Origin: a virus
Lineage: Duplodnaviria > Caudoviricetes
Virus record (IMG/VR): IMGVR_UViG_3300020051_001561
Coordinates: 1 to 62,215 of that record
Reading direction: 5' to 3' (one strand)
Length of the DNA: 62,215 nt
Below are positions 1 through 9,406 of the stretch, in pieces. Numbering within the stretch: the stretch's first letter is position 1; each line of letters starts with the position of its first letter. Made by a program: the position numbers and the translations under genes. Under the pieces are notes generated by a model that was not told where the DNA came from, made no database searches, and saw only the letters and a list, made by a program, of their open reading frames with translations.

Positions 1-1643
1 GTACCTCTAACAACTTCAACCTTCATTGGGTCGGTATTAGTAACCTTTGCAACATTAACAGGAATGATGGCACTTGGTACTACACCTGAGCCTGAACCCG
101 AACCTGAATTAGAACCACCTAAACCAGATACATTCGCAAGGGCATTTCTAGCTCTACTTCTAGCATTTGTCAAATCAGCACTCAAATCAGCTTTGGCAAT
201 TTTTGCATATGCATTAACCGCGGCACCATAGAAAGCATCACCAATCCCATCAACACCACTGGTTGCAAAATGTTCAAATACACTTGTAAATCCCTCCACA
301 CCTTCTTTGAATATTGTATCTACCGTACCAAATACTTTTATCATATTTTTCTCGTTTATAACACTACCTATAACCTTACTTATTTCTGTTGCCGCAGATA
401 AAGTAGTTTCCTCAATTTTTCCATATTTAGCAGAACCAGCAATCTCAGCTGAAACTCTCCTTGCTGGTTCTTCTAATGTTTTTTGGATTACTTCTAATAC
501 AGTCAATTGTTCTTTAGCAACATCTAAGGCTGACATATTTGCAGTCTCCGAACGTTCTCTAAGTTCCTTTATTTGGTCTTTTGTTAAGTCCGTTGCAGAA
601 ACTAATTCAGTAAACTTTTTACCATCTTCGTCCTCACGCTGGAAAGTAAATTTTAACTCACCACCATCGAACTGACCGATATTTGCCAACATTTCTTTGG
701 TCTCATCATCATAACCACCTAAAATATCTAATTGAGATAACGCTTCTTGACGTTGTGCAGATTTGACTGCAGTATTGGCTAACTCCTCATAATCCATACC
801 AAGAGCGTTTGCTTGAGCCCTTAACCTTCTCATTTCAGTGGCAGATATGGCAAAGTCACCCGTTTCAGAATTAAATGATACCGCAGCACTCGCAGCATTT
901 ACAATAGACTCTTGAAGACCATCGATGTCATTTTGAGCCATGTTCATTAATTGGAACGGGTCTGCTAATGCACCAACAGCTCCACCCAACATTTGGAACT
1001 CAGCAGCTAAATTAATAGCCTCAGAAGGGTCAAGTAATTTACCCGCTAAACTTGTAACATCAGCCATGTTAATTCTCAAAGCTTGAGAACGAGCAACCAT
1101 ATTAGTAAATCCTTCAACACCATTCCTAAAATTATAAGAGTTGATGAGTTTTACATTATCTCCAACAGTTTTCAAGAATTGACCGGTATTTAGACCTAAA
1201 GACGCTGCTCTTTTACGTGCACTTTCAATTTGTTCGGCGGCTTGTGTTGGACCAACACCAATTGAATCAAAACCTTCAACAAGTGTAGCCATTTCTTCAG
1301 CAGTAAGATTTGTGGCCTTTTGTATTGCGATAAAATCAGTTAACTGTTTATTAGTCAAAGTAACATTTCTTTGCATAATACTACCAATCGCAGCCATCTG
1401 TACCCCAACTTCAGTTGCACTAACACCTAACGCCGTAAGGTCTTTTACTGATTGTGAAATAGTCTTTTGCATTTCTTGGGACGCTTTAGCTCCCTGACCA
1501 AAAACATCCGCAGTTACTGACTTAGCAGCACTGTCAAATTCAAAAATCGCCGAACGTAGTTCTTTAGTATATTGAATGGCACTACTAATCGCGTCATTCA
1601 AATCTTTAGGACCACCACCACCACTGTTATCTTGTAAAAACAT
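1..1643 (-). CDS. Probable tape measure protein, runs off the left edge (not in ORF track)
   Basis: ATG at 1643; reading frame MFLQDNSGGGGPKDLNDAISSAIQYTKELRSAIFEFDSAAKSV... stays open towards base 1; Ala/Gln/Leu-rich helical composition; lies after tube and chaperone genes; TATTTATA motif 15 nt upstream. Confidence 0.7.
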   Translation of the reverse strand, partial: MFLQDNSGGGGPKDLNDAISSAIQYTKELRSAIFEFDSAAKSVTADVFGQGAKASQEMQKTISQSVKDLTALGVSATEVGVQMAAIGSIMQRNVTLTNKQLTDFIAIQKATNLTAEEMATLVEGFDSIGVGPTQAAEQIESARKRAASLGLNTGQFLKTVGDNVKLINSYNFRNGVEGFTNMVARSQALRINMADVTSLAGKLLDPSEAINLAAEFQMLGGAVGALADPFQLMNMAQNDIDGLQESIVNAASAAVSFNSETGDFAISATEMRRLRAQANALGMDYEELANTAVKSAQRQEALSQLDILGGYDDETKEMLANIGQFDGGELKFTFQREDEDGKKFTELVSATDLTKDQIKELRERSETANMSALDVAKEQLTVLEVIQKTLEEPARRVSAEIAGSAKYGKIEETTLSAATEISKVIGSVINEKNMIKVFGTVDTIFKEGVEGFTSVFEHFATSGVDGIGDAFYGAAVNAYAKIAKADLSADLTNARSRARNALANVSGLGGSNSGSGSGSGVVPSAIIPVNVAKVTNTDPMKVEVVRG

Positions 1644-1668
1644 TTAGACTATTTTACTTATAAATACC

Positions 1669-1821
1669 TTAACGTGAACTTTGTCTACGTTTCTCGTTCA
1701 ACTTTTCCATATCATCAATATACTTTTTGATAAAATACTTCCTTTCGAACGTAGGCATTTTAAGAAGGTCAGAATAGGAGAACCCCAATTCTTTGACACA
1801 ATAATAAAACTCATCAAGCAT
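1669..1821 (-). CDS. Small T4 gp51-like / tail assembly chaperone C-terminal ORF, 50 aa (not in ORF track)
   Basis: MLDEFYYCVKELGFSYSDLLKMPTFERKYFIKKYIDDMEKLNEKRRQSSR; the S-x-S-D-L-L-x-M-P-x-x-E-R pattern is typical of gp51/GT-type chaperone extensions; fills the gap between chaperone and tape measure. Confidence 0.7.
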   Translation of the reverse strand: MLDEFYYCVKELGFSYSDLLKMPTFERKYFIKKYIDDMEKLNEKRRQSSR

Positions 1822-1834
1822 AGCTTGACGGTAA

Positions 1835-2584
1835 TCAGAAGAAAGGACGAAAAAACTCCGCCCCGAAGGCGATACGAGTCGACACCTTTTCTCCTGACGG
1901 GGCTACAAAAACACGGTCCAAATCTAACTTCGGTTCCGCACCTTCCATTGTGTTTCTAATATACTTAGAATCTGCAATCGGAAGATTGACAATAGTTGAT
2001 GATATATCAGCCGGGTCCTTAGAACCATCAAACTCGACAATCATTTTTTCTAATCTCTTAGTAACCACAGGAGCAACCATACCATCAGGGTATGCGTCTC
2101 TCATCTTTTGAAGGTCTTGAATATCTCTTTGATTTAAGATACGACACTTAACCATTTTTTGACTAACAGGTAACATTAACTCAAATAAACCTTCACCGTT
2201 TGGTTCAATAGTTGTCGGTTTAACATTTAACTCATCCAATAAAATACTTTGTTCAAAGTCCTTCATTGTTTTAGGGTCACGAAGATTGAATGTGTATTCA
2301 GGACCGAATGAAGAGTTTCTTAAGAAAATAAGTATTGCCTCAACATCACACTCCAACAATTCCATTGGGTCAAAACCAGGCTCATAAATTTTATTTCTTA
2401 ATAAAGTCATAATGATGTTGTCACCATTTCTTTGACCCAACAAAGTATTTTCATCCTGAGCTGTTAAATAACCTACTTTAATTGAGGACTTCCCACTTTT
2501 ATAGTACTTACCCTTCGAAGGTAATTGTACCACGTCATGAGGTAGGTTGAAGTCTTGTTGTCCGTATTGTGCTGCGTTGTCCAT
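1835..2584 (-). CDS. T4 gp26-like baseplate hub / tail assembly chaperone
   Basis: LPSKGKYY...LTAQDENTLL, AILIFLRNSSFG, C-terminal EFF; lies between tube and tape measure genes. Confidence 0.65.
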   Translation of the reverse strand: MDNAAQYGQQDFNLPHDVVQLPSKGKYYKSGKSSIKVGYLTAQDENTLLGQRNGDNIIMTLLRNKIYEPGFDPMELLECDVEAILIFLRNSSFGPEYTFNLRDPKTMKDFEQSILLDELNVKPTTIEPNGEGLFELMLPVSQKMVKCRILNQRDIQDLQKMRDAYPDGMVAPVVTKRLEKMIVEFDGSKDPADISSTIVNLPIADSKYIRNTMEGAEPKLDLDRVFVAPSGEKVSTRIAFGAEFFRPFF

Positions 2585-2594
2585 ATCTTATATA

Positions 2595-2629
2595 ATAAAA
2601 AAACCATAGAGAGTCTCCCCTCTATGGTT
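2595..2629 (-). terminator. Intrinsic terminator after tail tube gene
   Basis: Stem AACCATAGAG (2602-2611) / CTCTATGGTT (2620-2629), followed by a T-run on the minus strand. Confidence 0.65.
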
Positions 2630-2665
2630 AAATATAAATGAACTGATTTTTTCGTAAATAGTATA

Positions 2666-3154
2666 TTAGTAAACTAAAATACATCTATCAGGACGTAATG
2701 TCGCCGTGATAGTTGCAATACCATCATCACCATAACCAAGTGAATCAAAGTTCACGTCAGTTAGGAATGTTCCTTGTAAAATCCACTTTTCTACTGCCAC
2801 ACCTGTTGGGTCTAACATTTCCAAGTTGATATTTTTCTTATAACCTGCAGCGTATCCCATACGACCAGTTACAGATTCAGCGTGTAAACGAACCCACTCC
2901 ATTAACGCTTGAGAAGCTGAAGGACCGATTGGGTCACGGAATGTTACGTTTAGTGTGTTCCAAGTAAATCTACCTGCAACATATGTTGAAGTATTCAAGA
3001 ATGGAACTTCAACAGAATTGATTGATACTTGTGGACGTGAAGTTGACTCCACATACCAAGAGTTGATACCCAATGAAGAATCAAAGGTCATGATGAACCT
3101 ATTTTTTCTTTTTGGTTCATAAGGTATCGGCATTTTCATTAATAAATCAGCCAT
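2666..3154 (-). CDS. gp19: Tail tube protein (T4 gp19-like)
   Basis: YEPKRKNRF, YVAGRFTW, EWVRL...TGRMGY, LDPTG..VEKWILQG pattern; 162 aa; near sheath gene. Confidence 0.85.
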   Translation of the reverse strand: MADLLMKMPIPYEPKRKNRFIMTFDSSLGINSWYVESTSRPQVSINSVEVPFLNTSTYVAGRFTWNTLNVTFRDPIGPSASQALMEWVRLHAESVTGRMGYAAGYKKNINLEMLDPTGVAVEKWILQGTFLTDVNFDSLGYGDDGIATITATLRPDRCILVY

Positions 3155-3270
3155 TGTATTTTTGTTTTTATATTTTTTTGTTTATTACTTATAAATAGTT
3201 GGAGTAGTGAAAATTTTTCTATTTACTTTGTTTTGAAAAACCACATTATATAGAAGCTAACTATAAATTT

Positions 3271-4122
3271 TTATACTTCTTTTTTCTCTCCTCCTTTAGT
3301 TAAATAAGTTTTTACTGGTTTATCATCCTTATATTCTTTATCTAAGAAATTCTTAATGCTTTCAATATTTCCTGGGTCATCATCAGAAAAACCAATCATA
3401 GGAACGAAATTATTTTTAATGTCGTTCTTAAAGAAAGCTCTCTGATTTAATTTACCAGCCATATCCTTTACATAAGAGATAAAGTTTTTAAGGGCTTTTA
3501 TCTTTCCTTCTTCAGGGTTCGCAGCACTACCTTCACCATAAGTTACTGGGTGGAACTTTAATAAGTCCAAATACGATTCAACTATATCATCATCAGTCAT
3601 TTCGTCCTCACCAGAGATGTCTCTAAAATTCTTGAGGTTTGAGATTAATTCTTCTTTATTAATACCCTTGTGATTAGTCATAATCATATTATATACAGCA
3701 TCTTTTAATACCGAAGGTGTGTGTCCACGTGCCGTGATAATTGAGAAAATTGAACCTCCATTGATTGCCTCAACAAAATCATCCCATGAAGGACCCGTCT
3801 CAGCAACCATTGCATCAACAATAAATTGTGAGTCACCTTCAGTAGTGAAGTTTCTATAAGGGTTTTCGGCGTAACCAACAATAGTATCACCTTTATAATC
3901 AAAAGGTTCTTTACCTAAAACCCCACGATATTCTGCGAAGTCCTCAGTAGACATACCCACTTCTTTACCGTCCTCAGTTTGAACGATGATTTGTGTAGGC
4001 ATCATCAAAATGTTGTCATCCCAGTCAAAAGCATAATACTTCATATTAGGATTACCCGCTTCGTCAAAACCCTCATTGAGTTGTTTTTCCTCAATATATT
4101 CTCTTAAGATACTACGAATCAT
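3271..4122 (-). CDS. HAD-superfamily phosphatase with N-terminal leader
   Basis: Motif I FDWDDN, motif II ITARG, motif IV GFSDDD; leader MIRSILREYIEEKQLNE. Confidence 0.7.
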   Translation of the reverse strand: MIRSILREYIEEKQLNEGFDEAGNPNMKYYAFDWDDNILMMPTQIIVQTEDGKEVGMSTEDFAEYRGVLGKEPFDYKGDTIVGYAENPYRNFTTEGDSQFIVDAMVAETGPSWDDFVEAINGGSIFSIITARGHTPSVLKDAVYNMIMTNHKGINKEELISNLKNFRDISGEDEMTDDDIVESYLDLLKFHPVTYGEGSAANPEEGKIKALKNFISYVKDMAGKLNQRAFFKNDIKNNFVPMIGFSDDDPGNIESIKNFLDKEYKDDKPVKTYLTKGGEKKEV

Positions 4123-4265
4123 TACTTTGTCTCGTTTAGTCTCTCAATTAATCTTTCTAATTGTTCTTCTGAAATCACAATGTTTTGTGGTTTTTCAGAA
4201 AATGTTTTTACACCATTGTTCTCAACATTTAGGTGTTCCATTAAGTTTGATTTCTTAAATTCCAT
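4122..4265 (-). CDS. Small protein, 47 aa (not in ORF track)
   Basis: MEFKKSNLMEHLNVENNGVKTFSEKPQNIVISEEQLERLIERLNETK; TAATG coupling with the HAD gene; TATTTATA upstream at 4328-4335. Confidence 0.7.
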   Translation of the reverse strand: MEFKKSNLMEHLNVENNGVKTFSEKPQNIVISEEQLERLIERLNETK

Positions 4266-4342
4266 GTTCTTATTTTAATTAAACGTTTAATAAGGCTAAT
4301 GGGGGTCACCATCGGTAACCCCCAATTTATAAATATATCAAA

Positions 4343-7300
4343 TTAGATATCTTCGAAAGATGCTCCCGTTGGAGTAATCAAGAACTCAATATCGATGAAT
4401 TCAAGTGCTCTCGTTGGTTTCAAGTAGATTTTACCTGTCAATTGGTTATTATCCAAATCTTCAGGTGTGTTTTCTACAACCACACGGAAGTCGATTAAAC
4501 CTCTGTCTCTTCTAATAGAGTCTAAGATTGGGTTAACCGCATCTAAGAAGTCTTGTCTTACTTGGTCATCGTTCTGTTCGAACAACAATCTTACCGCTAC
4601 CGCCGAAATCAACTTACGAGCTTGTAACAACAATCTTCTTACATTAATTCTGTCAAGTGCAGATTCTCTAATTTGTAGAGTCTTATTACCCCAAATTACT
4701 GTACCCACATCTGAGAATGTTGCGATTGGGTTCAATCTACCTTGGTATAATGTATCTCTATCTTCTTGAGTTAACTTCTTACGTGCTTTAACAGCATTTA
4801 CCAAACCTCTTGTGTAACCCGCAGTTGCGAACCAAGGGAATGCGATGTTATCTGTTAACGCTAAGTTCTTAACAACCTCTGCCGTTGGTGGGATGTAGAT
4901 TTGTGTGTTGTTCACACTATCCCTTGTCAATACCCATGGGTAGTAAGTTGCCGTGTAGTTCGAATCTATATCTGACTCTTCTAAGTTATCCACTGCTTCA
5001 TCAGGGTAGATGAAATCTGTTTCGAACGCTGAAGTATTAGGAACAAACATGTTGTAATCAGGAGTTGTACAGATGTAAATTGAATCTGCTCTATCTGTTT
5101 CAATCATGTCAATCGCCTCTTCAACCAAGTTTGAGTGATTAGTGTAATCAATACCTGGTGTTGTGAAAATATTAATGTTCACTGCTTCAGGGTTTTCGAA
5201 TGTTTTCTGACCCATTAAGTAAGCGTAGTAATCAGTGTTTGCCCAATCAGTTGAGTTTTCACCAACAGTGATTTGTTTGAATTGTCCCCATCCTGTTGCA
5301 GTTGGGAATGACACTGAAGGTGCTGCACCTAATAAGTAACCTGTACCACCCAATCTAAATGAATCTTGATTTGAACGGAACTCTCTGTAGATATCCCATC
5401 CGTCAAAACCACCTTTAGGTAATAATGTGAACTTACGAGCATTTAATCTGTAGTAAGGGTTTGATTGTGATGTTGGTTCACTTCTGAATTCTGCATCACC
5501 CACTTCAAACGCCGTTTCACCTGAAGTCACATATTGACCTGAAATCGTTACTACTGTTGCTCCTGAATCCATGTGGAAACCTTTTGTAAGGTATGCCCAA
5601 TTGTTACCTTCAGTAGCAGTACCCAAGTTAGTTGGGTTTTGTTTACCTTTATACATAAAGAAGTCAGAATCAATACCTACAGTATTTGAAATACCTAAGT
5701 AAGTCTTTCTTACTTTATCACCTGCACTTCTTGAGATGTTACTACCACCTGTAGATGTACCGAATGGTGGGTTGTAAACTACCTCACCTGGTGTATTATA
5801 TTTTGTTTTGTATGCAATGAATGGACTCTTAGCTCCTGAGTACTCTCTAAAGTCGTAACCTTCGAAACCACAAGGAAGTGCATCTACAGGTGCATCTTCA
5901 TCCATTTCCAACATAATAAATTTAGACTTAAGTTCAAACTCTCCATTAGCAGTACCGACTTTCTTAGCTACATATCCATTTTCACCTGGACTCATTGTAC
6001 AGTTAGTGAATTTCTCAATAACTACAGGGTTTGCATCTGTATCAAAGAAATCACGAACGATGATGTCGAACGTTGAATTAGCAAATGAGATGTTAGCAAT
6101 AGAAATCTTAACTTGGTTGTTAGCTGCATTACCATCAGAAATTAAGATAAATCTAAATAGTCTATCAACTTGTGAACCTCTCAATTCTGAAACCACAAAC
6201 GGAGTGTGTGGTGTTTGATATTGTTCCAAGTACCAACCGATTGAACTATTAGTTGCGTTATCTTCTCTTGCCGATGGAAGAGCAACTAAATCACAGTTAA
6301 GACCACGAATTTTACCTTTTCTATAACCTTCAGTTAATAATGAGTAATAAACCTCTTCCGCAAATAATGGGAACTCATTTCTACTCTTACCAAAGTTTGT
6401 ACCACCAAATACTTTATTGATGTAGTTAGTATCTGATAAAGTGAACGATGTTTTGAATGTGAAGTTATCACCGTCATTCGTTACACCTGAAATACCAAAT
6501 GAAGAATATGGGTTTTTCTGAACATCAGCATAATCACCTGAACAATCCATAATAACTTGTGAAACACCACTAGCCATGTAAACAGGACCACCATCGTTAT
6601 TATCGTTGATACCTCTTGAACGAAGTGTTGCCACAACTACATCATTGTACTCAGTAAATGCGGTTGCGTTATACGATAACACTGAACCACTTAAAGTACC
6701 TGAGAAGTTACCACCACCTAAGTCTGTGAAGTCAGAGTTCATAACAACATTGAATGAAATACCTGAGTAATTATCTTGTGAACCTGGTTCGAAACATGCG
6801 TAGTACCAAGGGTCCATTAATGAATCGTCGTAATCCGCAACTGAATCGTATAGACCGTCAACAGATAAGAAGTTATTATCATCTGAAATAGTGTACCCAG
6901 CACCAGTAAATGAATTATACACAGCATCTGTAACCACACCCCATTGTGCACCTGTAGTAGCACTTAATGAGTTATCTAATATTAGACTGTGAACAAATGT
7001 TTGTAATTGACCCGACATTGTTGTTGAGTCACCATTGTATAATTGAATACTATCGTTAATGTAATCATTTAATGGAGATGAGAATGCCCCCGTGAACTCA
7101 ACAGTACTTGTTGAACCTGTCGAACCAGTAAAGGTAACAGACCATGTAGAGAGAGTAGGGGTATCTAATGTTGAGGGGTCTAAGTTTGCTTGAGTTGTAA
7201 TAGACCAAGACGGACCAGCATCGTAACCTGATAAACCTAATACTCTGGTTACAAATAATTGGTTTGATTGTTGTAAATACGCCTTCGCTATGTAAGCGGC

Positions 7301-7528
7301 TTCATATTTTGGAATCTGCGTGTTTACAAATTTTGTTGGATTTGTTCCTCCGAAGTAAGCTTGAAATTCGTCGAAGTTGGAGATGAATATAGGTTCGAAT
7401 GCTGGACCCGATAAGGTCTCACCAACAATACCCATAGTAGTTACACCTACACTCTGTGCCACGAAACTCAAGTCTCTTTCTGATGTATAAACACCCGGAG
7501 AAACGAAAACTTTGTTTGAACTTGCCAT
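4343..7528 (-). CDS. gp18: Contractile tail sheath protein (T4 gp18-like) with large insertion
   Basis: SPGVYTSERDLS N-terminus; YYPWV, PWFATAGYTRG, LNPI, WGNKTL, RINVRRLL, LEFIDIEF C-terminal sheath motifs; 1061 aa. Confidence 0.93.
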   Translation of the reverse strand: MASSNKVFVSPGVYTSERDLSFVAQSVGVTTMGIVGETLSGPAFEPIFISNFDEFQAYFGGTNPTKFVNTQIPKYEAAYIAKAYLQQSNQLFVTRVLGLSGYDAGPSWSITTQANLDPSTLDTPTLSTWSVTFTGSTGSTSTVEFTGAFSSPLNDYINDSIQLYNGDSTTMSGQLQTFVHSLILDNSLSATTGAQWGVVTDAVYNSFTGAGYTISDDNNFLSVDGLYDSVADYDDSLMDPWYYACFEPGSQDNYSGISFNVVMNSDFTDLGGGNFSGTLSGSVLSYNATAFTEYNDVVVATLRSRGINDNNDGGPVYMASGVSQVIMDCSGDYADVQKNPYSSFGISGVTNDGDNFTFKTSFTLSDTNYINKVFGGTNFGKSRNEFPLFAEEVYYSLLTEGYRKGKIRGLNCDLVALPSAREDNATNSSIGWYLEQYQTPHTPFVVSELRGSQVDRLFRFILISDGNAANNQVKISIANISFANSTFDIIVRDFFDTDANPVVIEKFTNCTMSPGENGYVAKKVGTANGEFELKSKFIMLEMDEDAPVDALPCGFEGYDFREYSGAKSPFIAYKTKYNTPGEVVYNPPFGTSTGGSNISRSAGDKVRKTYLGISNTVGIDSDFFMYKGKQNPTNLGTATEGNNWAYLTKGFHMDSGATVVTISGQYVTSGETAFEVGDAEFRSEPTSQSNPYYRLNARKFTLLPKGGFDGWDIYREFRSNQDSFRLGGTGYLLGAAPSVSFPTATGWGQFKQITVGENSTDWANTDYYAYLMGQKTFENPEAVNINIFTTPGIDYTNHSNLVEEAIDMIETDRADSIYICTTPDYNMFVPNTSAFETDFIYPDEAVDNLEESDIDSNYTATYYPWVLTRDSVNNTQIYIPPTAEVVKNLALTDNIAFPWFATAGYTRGLVNAVKARKKLTQEDRDTLYQGRLNPIATFSDVGTVIWGNKTLQIRESALDRINVRRLLLQARKLISAVAVRLLFEQNDDQVRQDFLDAVNPILDSIRRDRGLIDFRVVVENTPEDLDNNQLTGKIYLKPTRALEFIDIEFLITPTGASFEDI

Positions 7529-7653
7529 GTTTTTTAATTTCTTAAGAATTTATTTTTATTATAAATATTTCGAAAAATCTTAAAAAACATTTACACCAGC
7601 CCTATATTTATCGATTAGGGAGAATTTTTTCTGCCTTTTTTCACACTAATATT

Positions 7654-7803
7654 ATGAAAGACATAAAGAATATTAAGATATCTACAGAGGTTCACTCAAC
7701 ACTAAAAGAGTATTGTGATGAGAATGGATTGAAGATGTATAAGTTTTTGGAGAAGTTAATTATGGACAAATGTTCTCGTCCAAAAGATATCTACGGTGAA
7801 TAA
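7654..7803 (+). CDS. Small ribbon-helix-helix-like DNA-binding protein, 49 aa (not in ORF track)
   Basis: MKDIKNIKISTEVHSTLKEYCDENGLKMYKFLEKLIMDKCSRPKDIYGE: beta strand, helix, G turn, helix as in Arc/CopG; fills the intergenic gap. Confidence 0.65.
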   Translation: MKDIKNIKISTEVHSTLKEYCDENGLKMYKFLEKLIMDKCSRPKDIYGE

Positions 7804-7804
7804 A

Positions 7805-8842
7805 TTATAACAACTTAGCGGTTGTATATATTCGTGCTTCACCATCTACATCTTTATCTACAACGAACCTTACCAAGTCATTAGTATTGATTTGAATCTT
7901 ACTCAAATCATCACCAACATAATTGTTGTTAATGTAAACTGAGAAACTATCTACATTATATGTTTCGTTCAAATATAAATCGGCAGTGTATCTGAAAGTT
8001 TCACTCAACTCATTGTTACCATCGACAAATAATAAATCTACAGGAAACTCGTTAGGGTTTTCAGGTTTTGGTTCAACCTTTCTCGATGAGTTAAGTTGTG
8101 ACACTTCATACATTGTAAGTGCTCTTGAAATACCTGGACTTACTTCAAATTCTTCTTCATCCATTAAGAACCCTAACATTGTGAATTCATAGTTTTGGAT
8201 GTAATACTTTCTTTTGTCAATGTCTAAGACAGACTCATCTGAAATGTTATTTAATATAATAGGAATGTAGTGACCCTTTATATTAGTATACGCTTGACGG
8301 GATGCAAAGTTTTGTAATACGTTTTTGTTGAATTCATTCAACGACCTCATTCTGTTTACAAACAGTTTAACATTATAAGTAATATCAACAGGAATAGGTT
8401 GAGGAATTTTATAGACATCAACACCTTTTCTTTGTCCGTCCCAAGTTGGTACTTTAGCATAATAAAATTGTTTTCTATTTGGTATAGTATATTGTAATGA
8501 TGGGTTGGTACCATAAGGAACCTCAGGTTGTCTTACTGTTGACACAAAAGGTGGTTTCACGTTCTTATCCAAATCTTGGAAGTTCCATGTTTCAGTAAAC
8601 TGAGCCCAATTCTGTGTGGTGATAATAATATCTACAGTAGGTATAACCTTACCATCCATAAATGTTTTCAAATCATTCTTAACGAAGTCCAACATACCAC
8701 GGTCCAAATCTGCATGACCTATACCTTTTGGCAAATAAGTTCCATCCTTTTGAATATCTTCCAAAAGTTGTTCCCTTCTTGCAAGTCCCGTTTTATTAGG
8801 AATAAGGTCAAGTGTCTTTTTTATTTTCTTTGGTAATGCCAT
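7805..8842 (-). CDS. Probable tail terminator / sheath stabiliser (T4 gp15-like)
   Basis: PIPVDITYNVKLF...NEFNKNVLQNF pattern; lies between neck and sheath genes. Confidence 0.55.
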   Translation of the reverse strand: MALPKKIKKTLDLIPNKTGLARREQLLEDIQKDGTYLPKGIGHADLDRGMLDFVKNDLKTFMDGKVIPTVDIIITTQNWAQFTETWNFQDLDKNVKPPFVSTVRQPEVPYGTNPSLQYTIPNRKQFYYAKVPTWDGQRKGVDVYKIPQPIPVDITYNVKLFVNRMRSLNEFNKNVLQNFASRQAYTNIKGHYIPIILNNISDESVLDIDKRKYYIQNYEFTMLGFLMDEEEFEVSPGISRALTMYEVSQLNSSRKVEPKPENPNEFPVDLLFVDGNNELSETFRYTADLYLNETYNVDSFSVYINNNYVGDDLSKIQINTNDLVRFVVDKDVDGEARIYTTAKLL

Positions 8843-9357
8843 TAGATTCCGTTGAACTCATCATTTGATACCGGCGACGCAGTGATACTGCGGTAATATG
8901 GTTTATAACCACCATAAGTGTGCCTGTTATCCGAGGTGATACGACCGTCATCAACGACGGAATAGTATCTAACTCTATCTTCTTTTTCATAATAACCAAT
9001 GTAGTCTCCGAACTCAATGTCGACACCCATCTCATCTAAATAAGATTGATAGATACCCACTTTGAGATTACCAGGTTCAACCTGTCCAATTCTTGAGTTA
9101 CCCATAAACGCATTTGTAGGAGCCTCAATCTGAACATAACCTTTAAGTTCCACAGGTGCATGGTACTGAATACCTTCAGATACTACCTCACCATAGACAT
9201 CGTCTTTTTTCGTCCTTTGTTTATCAACACGATACAATACAAACGTAAAGTTCATATCCCCATGCAACCATTCTTGGCCGAGGGATATGTCTAAATCAAA
9301 ATCTTCTTCTGCGAAGAATTTGTTTAATCTCGTTATTGGAACTTTTCTTTGACTCAT
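8842..9357 (-). CDS. Probable neck / head closure protein (T4 gp14-like); ATG start at 9357
   Basis: VLYRVD...DDVYGE...PVELKGYV; coupled to the downstream gene; TATTTATC 5 nt upstream. Confidence 0.55.
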   Translation of the reverse strand: MSQRKVPITRLNKFFAEEDFDLDISLGQEWLHGDMNFTFVLYRVDKQRTKKDDVYGEVVSEGIQYHAPVELKGYVQIEAPTNAFMGNSRIGQVEPGNLKVGIYQSYLDEMGVDIEFGDYIGYYEKEDRVRYYSVVDDGRITSDNRHTYGGYKPYYRSITASPVSNDEFNGI

Positions 9358-9406
9358 CAATTGATAAATATCTATAAAATGATTATTATTAAAGGTATTT
9401 AACTGT

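Noticed and set aside
307-1959. Plus-strand ORFs 307..675, 1312..1497 and 1681..1959
   Set aside because: Antisense to the tape measure and chaperone genes, which explain the region
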